From the human T2T-CHM13v2.0 reference genome, Homo sapiens, in the NCBI RefSeq assembly GCF_009914755.1, contig NC_060929.1: a stretch of 64,000 bases of DNA. One strand, given 5' to 3'. Under the pieces are notes generated by a model. That model was not told the DNA's origin, did not search any database, and was given only the letters and a program-made list of their open reading frames with translations. Positions within the stretch are counted from its first letter, which is position 1. Every line of letters begins with the position of its first letter. Below, piece after piece: positions 25,385 to 38,532 of the stretch. The translations under genes and the position numbers were made by a program.

Positions 25385-25436
25385 CCCCCAACCCCAGCCC
25401 CAGCCCCAGCCCCAGCCCCAGCCCCAGCCCCAGCCC
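25385..25436. repeat. (CCCCAG)7 hexamer repeat in the last CXXC5 intron
   Basis: Direct reading. Confidence 0.95.
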
Positions 25437-25941
25437 TTCCATTTCTGCTCTCCTATGTACACACAAAGGCACCCACTTTAGTCCAGTGTAGACACACATG
25501 CACACACACATAGACACGGCCGCTTGAGAAATAGCTCAAATACCCACCTCCCACAGCTCCATACCACACAGCTCAGCATAGCACGAGGCACACACCCATA
25601 TGCACACCCGTCGCACGTGCTCACACGCTCATTTACAGAAACATGCCACAGCCACCTGGCGCTGTTGCCTTTGGGCCAGGGGAAGGGACTTCTTCTCTGG
25701 AAGGAGGGTTCCTGGGCACAGTGGCTCAGGAGGCCTCAGAGTCCTCGGGGCCTTCCAGCAGCCCAGCAGGTCAAGCGCCTCCTTTGGCCTGGCTGGGGTG
25801 GCAGGAGCTCCGAGGGGTGGCTGCTCTTCCTCCATGCCTGTCCCTCCGCCATGAGGCCATCCATGGGGGAACGTCTTTGCTCCAGGCCTACCCGGACCCT
25901 GACTGAACTCTCTCCTTGTTTTTGTCTCCCGCCCCCGCCAG

Positions 25942-25986
25942 AAGGTGATGCTTCCGACGGGAGCCGCCTTCCGGTGGTTTCAGTGA
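25942..25986 (+). CDS. CXXC5: CXXC5 last coding exon (KVMLPTGAAFRWFQ*), giving 322 aa total
   Basis: Polypyrimidine tract (ctctctccttgtttttgtctccc) then CAG acceptor at 25939-25941. In-frame 14 codons to TGA at 25984-25986. 308+14=322 aa, the known CXXC5 length. Confidence 0.95.
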   Translation, partial: KVMLPTGAAFRWFQ

Positions 25987-26960
25987 CGGCGGCGGAACCC
26001 AAAGCTGCCCTCTCCGTGCAATGTCACTGCTCGTGTGGTCTCCAGCAAGGGATTCGGGCGAAGACAAACGGATGCACCCGTCTTTAGAACCAAAAATATT
26101 CTCTCACAGATTTCATTCCTGTTTTTATATATATATTTTTTGTTGTCGTTTTAACATCTCCACGTCCCTAGCATAAAAAGAAAAAGAAAAAAATTTAAAC
26201 TGCTTTTTCGGAAGAACAACAACAAAAAAGAGGTAAAGACGAATCTATAAAGTACCGAGACTTCCTGGGCAAAGAATGGACAATCAGTTTCCTTCCTGTG
26301 TCGATGTCGATGTTGTCTGTGCAGGAGATGCAGTTTTTGTGTAGAGAATGTAAATTTTCTGTAACCTTTTGAAATCTAGTTACTAATAAGCACTACTGTA
26401 ATTTAGCACAGTTTAACTCCACCCTCATTTAAACTTCCTTTGATTCTTTCCGACCATGAAATAGTGCATAGTTTGCCTGGAGAATCCACTCACGTTCATA
26501 AAGAGAATGTTGATGGCGCCGTGTAGAAGCCGCTCTGTATCCATCCACGCGTGCAGAGCTGCCAGCAGGGAGCTCACAGAAGGGGAGGGAGCACCAGGCC
26601 AGCTGAGCTGCACCCACAGTCCCGAGACTGGGATCCCCCACCCCAACAGTGATTTTGGAAAAAAAAATGAAAGTTCTGTTCGTTTATCCATTGCGATCTG
26701 GGGAGCCCCATCTCGATATTTCCAATCCTGGCTACTTTTCTTAGAGAAAATAAGTCCTTTTTTTCTGGCCTTGCTAATGGCAACAGAAGAAAGGGCTTCT
26801 TTGCGTGGTCCCCTGCTGGTGGGGGTGGGTCCCCAGGGGGCCCCCTGCGGCCTGGGCCCCCCTGCCCACGGCCAGCTTCCTGCTGATGAACATGCTGTTT
26901 GTATTGTTTTAGGAAACCAGGCTGTTTTGTGAATAAAACGAATGCATGTTTGTGTCACGA
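25987..26960 (+). other. CXXC5: CXXC5 3' UTR
   Basis: AT-rich segment after the stop codon in otherwise GC-rich DNA, ending at a canonical AATAAA. Cleavage site approximate. Confidence 0.8.
26932..26937 (+). terminator. Polyadenylation signal AATAAA of CXXC5
   Basis: AATAAA with upstream TGTA/T-rich sequence (~26900) and downstream T/GT-rich sequence. Confidence 0.8.
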
Positions 26961-28230
26961 AGCACCGCTGGCTTCTTGCTCTCCGGTTTTGGGGGGCTGA
27001 CTTGGGGGCCGTTCCTGAGCAGGGATTGTCTGGGACCACCTGGAGGAGGAAGAAGGATGGCCCAGGGACATTTAGAATGGGAATTTCTTGGGGAAGAGAG
27101 GCCTCTGGATCCAGAATGGGGGAGAGCAGGAGCAACCAGCCCAGCAGACAGGAGGGAAAGGCTCTTAATCTGGAAGTCACTGCCTGGTTGCACCCCATGC
27201 CTCAGAACCTGGACCTCCAGGAACCTTCACTCACTTGGGGCCACCTCTGTTCACTCACCTAAGTTCATCAGGGCCTGATGAGTAAAGCAACCAGCACCAC
27301 GAGGCAGGTGGGGGTAAGGCTGAGCTGCCTGTTCAGGGTCTTCTTTCTTTCTTTCTTACCTGGCAGGGATCTAGTGCTCCCGCAGCCACCAATGTCATTC
27401 TCCAGGGAATAGTTTCAGCTCGGCTTCGTGGGGACCTGGCTGTACACACACGCCTATTCCTCTTTAGGCCTGAGGGCTGCTAGGCTGAGTTACGGGGGTG
27501 TCCTTGGCTTTGACTGTCCCCACTCTCAGAGGGTTTGTTGGTACAAGGCTGCTGGGGACCTCAGAGGTCAAATGTCTGGGGAAGTCACCACACAGCCACA
27601 TGGTCTGGGCCAGGGCAGCCTGAACAGGAAGGGGTGGCAGTGGCATGCCCCTCCCTGTACATCACAGAGGCCAACCTGAAGGAGGAGGCTTAGCCATCCA
27701 CTGGGGGAGCGTTCTTCTCACCCAGCTGCTTTGAGCCTGGCTGAGATGGAGGCTAGACTTGAGGAAGGACTTCCTGACAGTGTTGGGCACTGGCTTCAGG
27801 TGGGTGAGAGCTGGAGCGATTTCTGAGGCTGAGTGGGCAGTGAGGTGGGGGAGATGGGCTATCTCTGCCATTGTCCTGAGAGGAGAAAGCAGCCATGTTG
27901 GGTGGGGGTGGCGCTGACCCCCAACCCCTTCCCAGGTGTCACAAGCTCCCTTCGAGCGCCAGGGCCTCAGCAGCCTGGCCTGGCACAGCGGGGGCAGGCA
28001 GGGGCGGTGGGAGGCAGCTTTCAACTTCAGCTCTGCCTGGGAAAAATTCCCTTTCATGTGGCTGCCTGTGATCTCTCCAGGCGGCTCTGCCGAAGGGGGG
28101 TGTCCAGCAGGGAGTAGGGGGAGGTGTTGCAGCTGGGGGGCACCCTCACCCCCAGCACAAGGCAAACAGCGGCACCTCCAGAACCTCGAGGAGGGTGGGG
28201 AGGGTCCTCCTGTGGGGAGTGGGGGGAGCC

Positions 28231-28249
28231 TGGCCAGCAGGGGGCACCG
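28231..28249 (+). promoter_or_regulatory. CTCF motif TGGCCAGCAGGGGGCACCG
   Basis: Near-consensus CTCF core CCASYAGRKGGCRS, ~1.3 kb past the poly(A) site. Confidence 0.6.
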
Positions 28250-29346
28250 GGCAGGAGGCCCCTTCCTGCCTCCGCCCGCTGCTGGCAGCACACAGGCTGC
28301 AGATGGCCTCAGCCGGCCCTCGTTGGCATACCTACAGGTGTGGGGTGGACGGCTCTGTTGCCAGCCCAGAGGGGGTGCTGTGACTCAGCCGGCCTGTACC
28401 TTTCAGTGTGCCAACCCACAGCCCAGCGTGTCTCCTGAGCCCACTCCCCAGCACACGGCCGAAACTCAGAGCTCCTCACCTGTTCCAGCTTCACACTGCT
28501 TTGTGGAAATGGTAAGCCAGCCCCTCTGTTTGGAGGCCAGGGGTGGGGACAGCTGTGAGGCTGGCTGAAAACATGCTGAGGACTCAGTTACCTCATCTGG
28601 GAAACGGGACAATAATTGTTTCCCCCATAAAGTTGCCTGAGGATGAAATGCGATCACACTTGGGAAGGGCCTGGCTTGCAAGCTCTGTCAATGGCAGCTG
28701 GTGTTGCTATTTTTAAACTATTATTCACCTAAATCTCACCAAGATGTCCCTCACCTTCTGCCTGGCTGTGTGTCCTCCCTGAAGCCCTGGCCACCCCCAC
28801 CTCCCACCTCCCACTTCCCACCTCCGTAGAGTGACCCAGCCTCTGGCCCTTCCCCTACCTGGATGCAGCCCGACCCCAGCCTGCACCAGCTTTCTGTCTC
28901 TCTGGCTCACTCTCTGCATGTCCTGAAGGTCTCTTTCGGTCCCTGACGCTCCTGTGTCTTTGGGTCTCCATCTTTCCTGATCTCTAAGCCTCTCCGTGTC
29001 TCTGGGTCTCTGCCCCTCCTGTCTCTCCATCTCTGTATCTTGTACTCTGTCTGTTGCAGGCTCACCCCTGCTGTTCCCCAGCTGACGGAGACTTCCTTAG
29101 AGGCAGGCTCCCTGGCAGGGTTGTGTACCCAGCTCCCCTCCCCTCAGGTGCCCTCACCTCTCCTCTGCTACAGTTGGGAAACTGACTTCCTGGTGACCCA
29201 GGAGCCTTTCCTCCAGGTACCCTGTACCCTGACCTGGGTGATCTGGCATTTAGAGCCAGCTCTAGACACAGAACGGTGGGGGTTTGAGAGGCTGGGTGCA
29301 CACACTGGGCTGGAGAGAAGTCCAGCCTCCAGGTAGCCCCTGCGTG

Positions 29347-29349
<3 letters not shown>

Positions 29350-29384
<35 letters not shown>
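29350..29384. repeat. (GT)17 microsatellite followed by ~550 bp of degenerate TG-rich sequence
   Basis: Direct reading. Confidence 0.95.
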
Positions 29385-29385
<1 letters not shown>

Positions 29386-32300
29386 TGCTTTAAGGGCCTG
29401 ACAATTGTGTGAGGCTTTGTGCAGTAATGTGGCTATGTGTGACATCGGGTGTGATATGCAAATGGGTTTGTGACAGTGTATTGGAGACTGAGATGTGAAT
29501 GGGTTAGTGTATGTCAGTGGCCACACTTTGGAATGTTCTGTGACATTGCGTGTGTACTCTTGTGACATTGTACAGTTCTGTAACAGACCCAGTGTGATAC
29601 CGGCTTGTACAACTGAATGTGTGACTTTGGGTGATTCTGTGTGAGTGTGTGACATTGAGTGATTCTATGTGAGTGTGTCACTTTGGGTTTACAACACACG
29701 TGGCATTGCGTGACCCTGTGGCAAAACTGGGTGGTTCAATAAGTGTGTGACTTTGTGTCTGTGTGGCCATCATGGATGTGGGCTGGGACTGACCAGGGAT
29801 TGTGTGTGTGTGATGTCTCCGTGTGACTATAGTGTGACCCTGTGATGCTGCCTGCATAACCCTGGGTGTGTGGTCATGGCTTTGTGTCAGTGTGCACCTG
29901 TGATCCTCTCAGTGTTGCTGACACTATTGCCTTGTGTGTCTGCCTCCAGCACTTCCTGGGTCTCCGCCCTGAAAGCCTCTCTAGGGAGAGAGTGGGGGAT
30001 CTGACAGCCCCTCTCACCTGCAGCCTGTGCCCTCGCATGGCCCTGAGGCCCAGTCTGGATGGGGGAGCTGGCGTGGGGGCAGCAGGCGCAGTTCCCACGG
30101 CCGCTGCGGCCCCTCTCCCAGCCCCATCACCACCGGCTTCAACTCCACAGAATATCCTGGCAACCCCGGCCTCTTTGTTCTCTGAGGCCGCCAAAGGCCT
30201 CCCCCAACCCCAGCCTGCCCAGCGCCTGCCAGGCGCCCCCTCCCCCGACAGCAGCCAGTCTTGGCCTGACCTAGTCTCTAGCTGCCTTTATCCCCCACCC
30301 AGACTGAGGCGCCTGTCCCATGCCCTGGACCTGACTCAGGACTCCAGACGAGGCCTTTGACCCTCTGCTCTGAGCTTGCTGTGGTTGCGCTGTGCAGGAA
30401 GAAGGAAGAAGGATAGGTCCTGTGGCTGTACTGGGTGATTGTGGGCCAGGAGCTGGGCTGTCTATACGAGTACTTCCCCTTGGCCCAAGGCTGGTTGGAG
30501 GCCCAGGGTTGGTTTCAGTTTGTCCAGTAAGTTTACTTCTTTGGCCCCCAAAAGTCATCAGGACAGAAATTATTACCCATTTTATTGATAAGAAACTGAA
30601 GCCTAGAGAGGGTATGTGACTTCCCCTATAGCAAGAGCAAGATGGTAGCAGGGACCTGATTAGAACCCAGGCTCCTGGCTACCTTGAGAGAAAAATCAGG
30701 TACCTCCAAAAGAATGGAAAGGGGGCCTGGGAGTCTGGACACATGGGTCCCTGCTTATTTCTTGGTCACCATGTGTCAAAGCCGTGTGTGTGTGTATGTG
30801 TGTGTCCTTGCTAGATGACCTTGGCCAGGTGCCCTTACCTCTCTGTGTTCCAAGAAAGAAGGACAACATAGCCAGGGGTTGTGGGGTGGTGAGCTTGACA
30901 GGGTGCTTTGCAGAGCCAAAGGTCACCTCACAGTTAGTAGTGCCAAGACCCACGCCATCTCCAACAGGCACAGATTCTGGCTCGGGGCCCCAGCCACCAT
31001 TCCCAGGCTCAGCCCAGCTTTGTACTGCCACAAAAAAGGAGGCAGCGATGGCTACATGGCTCGGCTGTAGTCAAGGCCACTTGGGTCTGACTTGATTGCA
31101 GCACAGGCTCCCACCGCCTCCCAGGTGCCAGAGATGGATGGATGGAGGTCACTGCACAGCCTGGCCCCAAGCCCCCCCCCGCCCACCCGCAGCCCTGGGC
31201 TGACCAGCCACTGCTGAAGACAGTCAGCCAGGGTTAGGGGAGGGACAGGCAGCCACCAGCATGGTAATAACCCAGACCTTGGCCCTAACATCCTGCAGGC
31301 ATGGCACAGAGAGGCCCAGCTGTCCCCTAGGGTCACACAGCCCTGCAGGGAGTCCTGTCCCCAGAGGCCCACATCTCCCTTGAGGGCTGTTCCTGCCATG
31401 CAGGAGTAGAGAATGGCTGGAGAGGGTGGTGGAGGTGCAGGAGGGTCCCCTGAGGCTGCCGGCCAGGCTGCCAGTGCAGACACTTTCATCTCTTTCTGCC
31501 TGTCGACCTGCCATCTCTCAGTGGCATTAAATTCCCCTCCTGCCGGAGAACAAGGGCTGCCTCAGATTCCAAGCAGCAGGGTGTGAAGATAGGGCGGGCC
31601 CAGAGGAGGTGAGCGGGGTCCTCCAGGGCTCCAGGCCTGGGTGCAAAGCGGCTGGACTCTCGGGGCACAGCTGAGGGGTCCAGGTGGCCGCCTACCGCAG
31701 CCTCCCAGTGCTTCGTCAGATGCTGCTTCGTTTCCTGTTGCCATCTCCCACCTGTATGATGCCTTCCTCCCGCCTTCGGAGCTTTCTTGTCCCTTGCAAG
31801 CTGGGTCAAGTGTCCCTTGCCCCCCGCCCCCCACCCCCAGCCCATCACAACACTGGTCATTCTTGGTGACATCACCTGGCCTCAGGGCTATGGTCTGCAG
31901 CTCAGTAAGGGCAGCGCTGGCACCCAACACATGGAAGGGGTAGGAAACATCTGTGGGCTGAGGAAACACATTCTCTCCTCTTTCTGGACATTATTTTTCT
32001 CTCACGCATTTCCAGCCTAACTGGGGAGCTGTCCACAGGTAAGGGAAACTTACTACAAAGAGCCTCCTTTCTCCAGTCCCTGGAGCCTCCATACCCCTTG
32101 GCTAGAGACCTTAAACAAGATCCTTCTGCTTCAAGGCATAGAGCCTGTGGCCTGTGCACCAGGGACTGGGCCATTCCATTGCACTGACACACTCACAGCA
32201 ACCTATGAGGGGGGCTTTAGGCGGTTCTCTCCATTTGACAGATAAGAAAGTTAAGGCTCAGAGAGGTAGCGAGACATACAAGGTCACACAACCAGGTTCG

Positions 32301-35300
32301 TCTGCTTTCGGAAGCTAGCCCTTAAGCACCTGGCCATGCTGCAGGCTTTGGCTGGAAGGACCCCCTCCCCCATCCCACAAGCTGCCTGTGATCGTGCCCA
32401 GATGTGGGATTAGGGTTGAGTATTACTTACTTCCTTAAACTTGTCTGCACTTCTTTTTGTTTTTTGTTTTTTTTTTTTTACCTTTGCTATTCAAATTGGA
32501 ATACCGAATTTATTAATACATTTATTTAAGTTATTTAACCAAATGTTCTCAAGCCCAGAAAGGTCTGGAAACAAAGGGCACAGTATGGAGCGAGGATAGG
32601 GGATTAGGGGGTAACCTAGGATCACCGCCCCCTCCCCTGCAATGACAGGGCGTGGGTATTTCGGGGGCCCGAAGTGGGTACAGCCTGAATCCACAAAGGC
32701 TCCTGCCCACCGCTCCCCCTGGTGTCTTCCCACCAGGCTCCCAGCCCCTCTTCCAGCTTTGAGGCCTGCCCGGGAGGGGCACCCCCTGTGGCTGTTTTGG
32801 CTCTGCAGCAGTGGGTCCACAGGCAGCTGCTGGGAGTCTTGGGGAGCGGCTGCAAGGGTGAGGGCGAGCAGTGGCCGCTGCCGTTGATAAGGCGACGGAA
32901 GCCTCAGGAGCGAGGACGCAGTGAAGCCATGGAAACACGGCTGAGGTGTGAGGCTGGCTCAGCCGCTTCCCCCAGGTGGCCACCTCCCAGGCCTGGCGGG
33001 GCCCCGCGAGACAGGTCCTGCCACTGGCTGCCTCGCTCCCTGCCCTCCTGGGGGCCAGGTCTGGGCTGCTGACTGGGCTAGCTTGGTGTCACCCAGCCAT
33101 CTCCCCAGGGCCAGGCTGGGGGTCAACCCTGGGTCTGAGTAGGGAGGGCTGAGGACAGTGGCAGGGGCCTTCTGAGTTCTCAGGCCCCAAAGCCCCCTTA
33201 GCCTGGTCAATCCCTCCCCTTCTACCACCTACTCCTTTCCTATAAATATGTGTGCATTATTTACCTTAAGCATTTTGATAAATCATAATAGCAGAGACAT
33301 CTGCTGTCAAAACTGCAAACTGCATTTGGGGCTCAGCTGGTGAACGATGAGGGCTAGAGGCCAGGGATATAAGGGCTCTGATGGCCTGGGGGAAAAAATA
33401 GGGATGACCCCACCCCTCATCCAGGGCTGGGCCTTGAAGGGGACCCAGGCCCCATCCTTTGGGACCCCTCCTCACCAGCCACTTAATCACAAAACCCTCC
33501 CAAGGAAGCTATCCACCACGCCCCAACTGTGTTCCCTCCTTCCTGCCTCCCTCTGCCTCAGAATTAATGCAGCAGTGACAGCGGCTGAGAAGTCCCCCAG
33601 AGCGGAGATTAACTCCCAGGGCAGCGCGGGCGGGGTTGGCCATGGGAGGCTTGGGGGTGGGGGGTCTGACGCACAGGCCTGGCAAGATTAATCACCCTGC
33701 AGCCGGCCTCATCACGAGGGCGCCCAGAGCTCCGGGCCCCCACCTCGAGGAGGGGTGCTGGGTCGAATGTCAGGAGTCTGCTCTGCCTCCCGCAGCCCTC
33801 ATGGCCCCCAGTCCAACTCGTGGGAGGATTCTGGGAGCTGAGTTTCCTTCTCTTCCATTTTGCTGGCCCTCAGGGACCCTAAGGACCCAGCAGCAATCCC
33901 GTGGTCTCATTCCCTCCCCCAGTTTCTGGCCTGGCTCAGCAGCCCTGCAATGGGGGAGGCTCTGACCCTTGCCTCCCTGCCTACTTCTTGCTGTCCCCAC
34001 TGGCCCCGCTCCCATGGCTCCCCGAGACTGCCAGTTCCCTAACATAGAGCTAGAGGTGGGGGGCACTGAAAGAGGTCCCTGGACCTGCTGTATTTATTTG
34101 GGGGACTCAAAGAGATGTGTGATGGATCCGATGGCTCTGGGCCTGCTATCCAGCCAGCCCTCTTGAACTGTCCTGGGGGGCTTGTGGAGATGGTGGAGAG
34201 AGATACAGAGTGAGTGGGCAGATACAGATGAGGCTACTGGGTGATAAAGCACTGGGGTCAGTACCTGGGTACTGGCCTTTGTCAGCCAGTCACTCACTTA
34301 GAAAGTCTTTGAGGGGTTGCAGCAAGTGGAATTGAGCTTAGACATGAGAATAAGGTTCCCCAGGCAGGTGGGACCTAAGAGAGGCTGAGCTGTTTTGCAC
34401 AGAAGACTTCTAAGGTCAGAGTTGGCCTTGACTCTGTAAGTAAGAGCTGGAGTACCCTCTTCTACGCACCCACTGCCCTAAGTGCTCCCATCACAATCCT
34501 GCTGGGGTCACACTGGGTGAACTCACCTGTTCACTTGCTGATCTTCTGAACTAGAAGGAGCACTCCTGGAGGGAGGGGCTTGTCTGCCTGGCAAATGCCA
34601 AATGCTCAATAATGTTGAATCAATGGATGAATTGGAGGAGGACATGGGTTGGCCTGTTGTATATGAGGGGCTGGGGAAAGAATTGTTAGGTCTGAGCTTG
34701 GGGAGCCCAGCTGCAGGGCCACAGGCTGGCGAGTGCCAAGAGGAGGCCCCAAGAAGTTCCAAGAGAAAAGGGGTTCTGGAGCCAGGCACCCAGTGGACAT
34801 TCACAGGCTATGTGACCTACAAAGGCTTTCCTTTCTGGGCCTCAGTTTACTCATCAGCAAGTAACATTGCTTTTCAGATATCCTATGAAGGTGGAATGAG
34901 AAATCCTGTGTGAGGTCCCTGTGAGCTCTCTAGCCTTGTACCCCTTGGTAGGCAAGAGATTTGAATGCATGGGAAGAGCCAAGAAGGCTTCTTGGAGGAG
35001 GTGAGTGAAGCTGAGCCTCGAAGTACCATGCTGCCTATCTAGGAGGCTTGGAGACTGGTACTTCTGGGGCAGTGAGGAGACCACACTGGAGAGAGCCCAG
35101 GGAACGATGGGCCAATCTCAAAATCCAAGGCAAATGGGTATATTTTGTCTTGGGGACAGTGGGAGCCAATGATGGTTCTGGAACCTTTGGCCTTTAGGCT
35201 TTGGAGGGGCTAACATGTATCTGGAGTGAAGCCTTTAGTCAATCTGGGTATGTGGGGCAACTTCCCAACCCCACTCTGGGGCCCTGAGACTGAGGTAGGA

Positions 35301-35379
35301 AGTCAGCTGGAGGCTGATTCCTGACATATCTCCTTCCAGAGGAACCAAAACATATCCCATGTTAAAAAGTGGAGGGCTG

Positions 35380-35686
<307 letters not shown>

Positions 35687-38256
35687 TCACAAGTAATCTG
35701 TTAGTGTGGGGGCCTTGAATACTCATTACAGGATGGGGAATCCAAGTCACAGAATGGCCAGGCCGGTCAGAGAGCTTCGGGACCCACACCCTTCCTGGAG
35801 GTGGGGATAAGGGGACATCTGGCCTCATGCCTAGCCTAGAAGCAGCAGAGTCCTGGGCTGGGAGGCAGGGGGATAGGATTTCCATCCAAGCCCTACCCAT
35901 AGCTGGATTCATGATCACATGACCAAAGGCATAGCCAGCCCTTCCTGAGCCTAGCTTTCCCAATTAGTGCAATGGACCTTCCAGTATCAATCAGCCACGG
36001 TTCTAGACCTTTTCTGGGGGTCCAAGACTCAGGAGGGAGCTGCAATTTGGGGGTCCTTCACTCTAGCCCCTCCCCCACCCACATGCTGGGCCCCTTCCCT
36101 TCTCCTGCTCTTCCACCCATACTCCCCTCACCCCTGACCCTGCGGCCAGTAGCCTCTGCTGCTGTCATCCGTTGTCATGGGAACCTTGCAGCGCTGACCT
36201 GATGCAGGCGAGAGCTGGCCTGGAGCTCCTAGCAAGGGAAGCTGAGGTTAGCAGGGGGCAGATGGGGGCACCTGTCCCTGCCAGCTTAGCTGGGTGCTGA
36301 CACACTCCCAAGGGAATGGGGCATTGAAAGGACGGCCTGGATGGGTGTGGGCAGGGGTGCAGGGGGTCAGGGCCTGACTGCCCCCAGTCATTGGGGTGCC
36401 TGCTCCTTTTCAGACCCACCCCCACCCAACCCGGCTCCAGGCTGCTGGTGGGAGGGAGGGGTGGTGGGGACCTTCCCATTTCCCTCACTGTCGATGGGAG
36501 CTCAGAGCCCTGAGCTCAGCTCATTCTCGAGACTAAAAATACCAGGGAGGCAGCAGCAGCAGCTCCCCCAACACCCTGTCCACTGCCGCCCCACTCCCAG
36601 TAATAGACACACACACATACACACACCAAGCCTAGCCTGGACCAGATACCAAGGTGCTACTTAACCATACTGTGCCGTGGTCCATGGAGATTCCCAAAGT
36701 CCTGGCCCTGTGTGAGACCCAGATCTGGGGTCAACTTCCACCTCTGACCCCAATTTGCCATGTGATTGTGGGGTAGTCCTCTGGCTTCTCTGGGCCTGGT
36801 TTCCCCTTTTTTTGTGTACTAAGGGAGCTACATGGAAGAGGGGAGGCTCAGGAATGGAGTAGAGGGTCAGGGCCTTAGCTGCCCCATCTCATTTAATTAC
36901 TGGAGCAGTCCTGACAGCTCCCTGAAGTATGTATTGAGTCAGAATCTGCTTTTCCTAGATGAGTACACTGAGGCCAGAGATGGTGGCTCAAGGGATGCTA
37001 CTCCAGGCCTTTGAGCTCCAGGTGGCCCTCTCCTGCCCTGCAGTGGCCAACTGAGCTACTGAGACCTCCAGGCATTTGTTGAAAAATAGATCTGTGCCCC
37101 ACAGTAGGGCAGGAGGTTAGTGGCTTCAAATCTCAGAGAAGTTCCCGGTTCTGTGTGCATGACTGGGAATGGGGTGGGGAGGCCGTACTGCCCTCTGCCC
37201 AGGGTCTGGGTGAAGCTTGAGGTGAGTGTTGACAATACCTGTCTGCCAGGTGCTTGGCCAAGGCCAGGGTGAGGGTCCACACTGACCATCCAGGATGGGT
37301 GTGGTTGAGATACAGATGAGTATCCACACTGTTCATTTGGCCAAGGCCTGGCTCTGTGTGAGACCCATATTGTTCATCTACCTGGGCTTGACCAAGGCTG
37401 GGGTGAGTGTCCATGTTACCTGCCTGCCCAGCCTGGCCGGGGCTGGGTTGAGGGTTTACACTGCCGGGTTGGAGATAAGGTCAAGATGATTAAACACACC
37501 GTCCATTTGTCCTGGGCCTGAGTCTTCTTTCCACCAGTTCTAGGCTCAGGATTTTATTTTGGGTTTCATATTCTCTCTTCTTTCCTGGAAATTAGAATCA
37601 TCTTGTCTGCTCATTATTTCTGATTTAGAGGAGGCCCAGTTTCATCTAGGGGCCAATGGGAGAAAGATGGGAGCCCCTTGCCATTTCTGGGACCCTCCAG
37701 GAGGAACCAGGGAAAATCCATTATAGAAATCACAGCCACTGGGCACTGAGAAGCCTGGAAAGCCAGACCCTGGCCTCTGGGATGCCTGAGAGATCCACTG
37801 CTGTGGGATCTGAGTCACTGAGTTCCTACACTTCTCCCCACTAGCCCTGTCACCCAATTCCACTGACATCTTGAGAACAACAAGACATACTTCTCCCACA
37901 GACCCGAGGCCTCACAGTTTGAAGCCAGTATCTGCAGGACCAGAGTCTGGATTTTCTGAGGGGGGCCAACCAATACTGCAGTGCAGACAGTGGACTTTGT
38001 GCCCCACACCCTAATTTTGCAATGCCAGCTCTTCCCTTCAGCTGTCATGTGTGACCCTGGGCAAGACACTTCATTCTCCTGGTTCTCAGTTTTTCCATCT
38101 GTAAAACAGGTGTTTATACCTTACCTGTTGGTAAAGGTTGGGACAAGGATTAAATGAGATAGTCCCATAAAGTGTCTGGCAGAGTAATAATTCTTTCTGG
38201 AGGCTAGCAGGGAAGGGGCATGCTCCAAAAGAATTCTGGGACATGTGGTTGGTTGG

Positions 38257-38532
38257 TTTTTTTTTCAGAGGCAGGGTCTTGAGCAGGCTGGAGTGCAAAT
38301 AGCATGCTCACTGCAGCTCACTCTCAGGCTCAAGCAATCCTCCCACCTCAGCCTCCTGAGTAGCTGGGACTACAGGCACGTGCCACCATGCCCAGCCAAT
38401 TTTTTTAATTTCTGTAGATATGGGGTCTTGCTATGATGCCCAGGCTGGTCTCGAACTCCTGGGCTCAAGTGTTTGTTCTGCCTCTGCCTCCCTAAGTGCT
38501 GGGATTATAGGCATGAGCCACCACAATTGGGC
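38257..38532 (-). mobile_element. AluJ
   Basis: Diverged Alu. Confidence 0.85.

Noticed and set aside
26172-26230. A-rich stretch as a proximal poly(A) site
   Set aside because: No canonical AATAAA; more likely an oligo-dT internal priming site.
26425-27198. 257-aa minus-strand ORF across the 3' UTR end
   Set aside because: No domain similarity; overlaps UTR and flank, likely chance.
37222-37470. CRISPR-like repeat-spacer array
   Set aside because: Eukaryotic context, degenerate units without conserved repeats and unique spacers, no cas genes.
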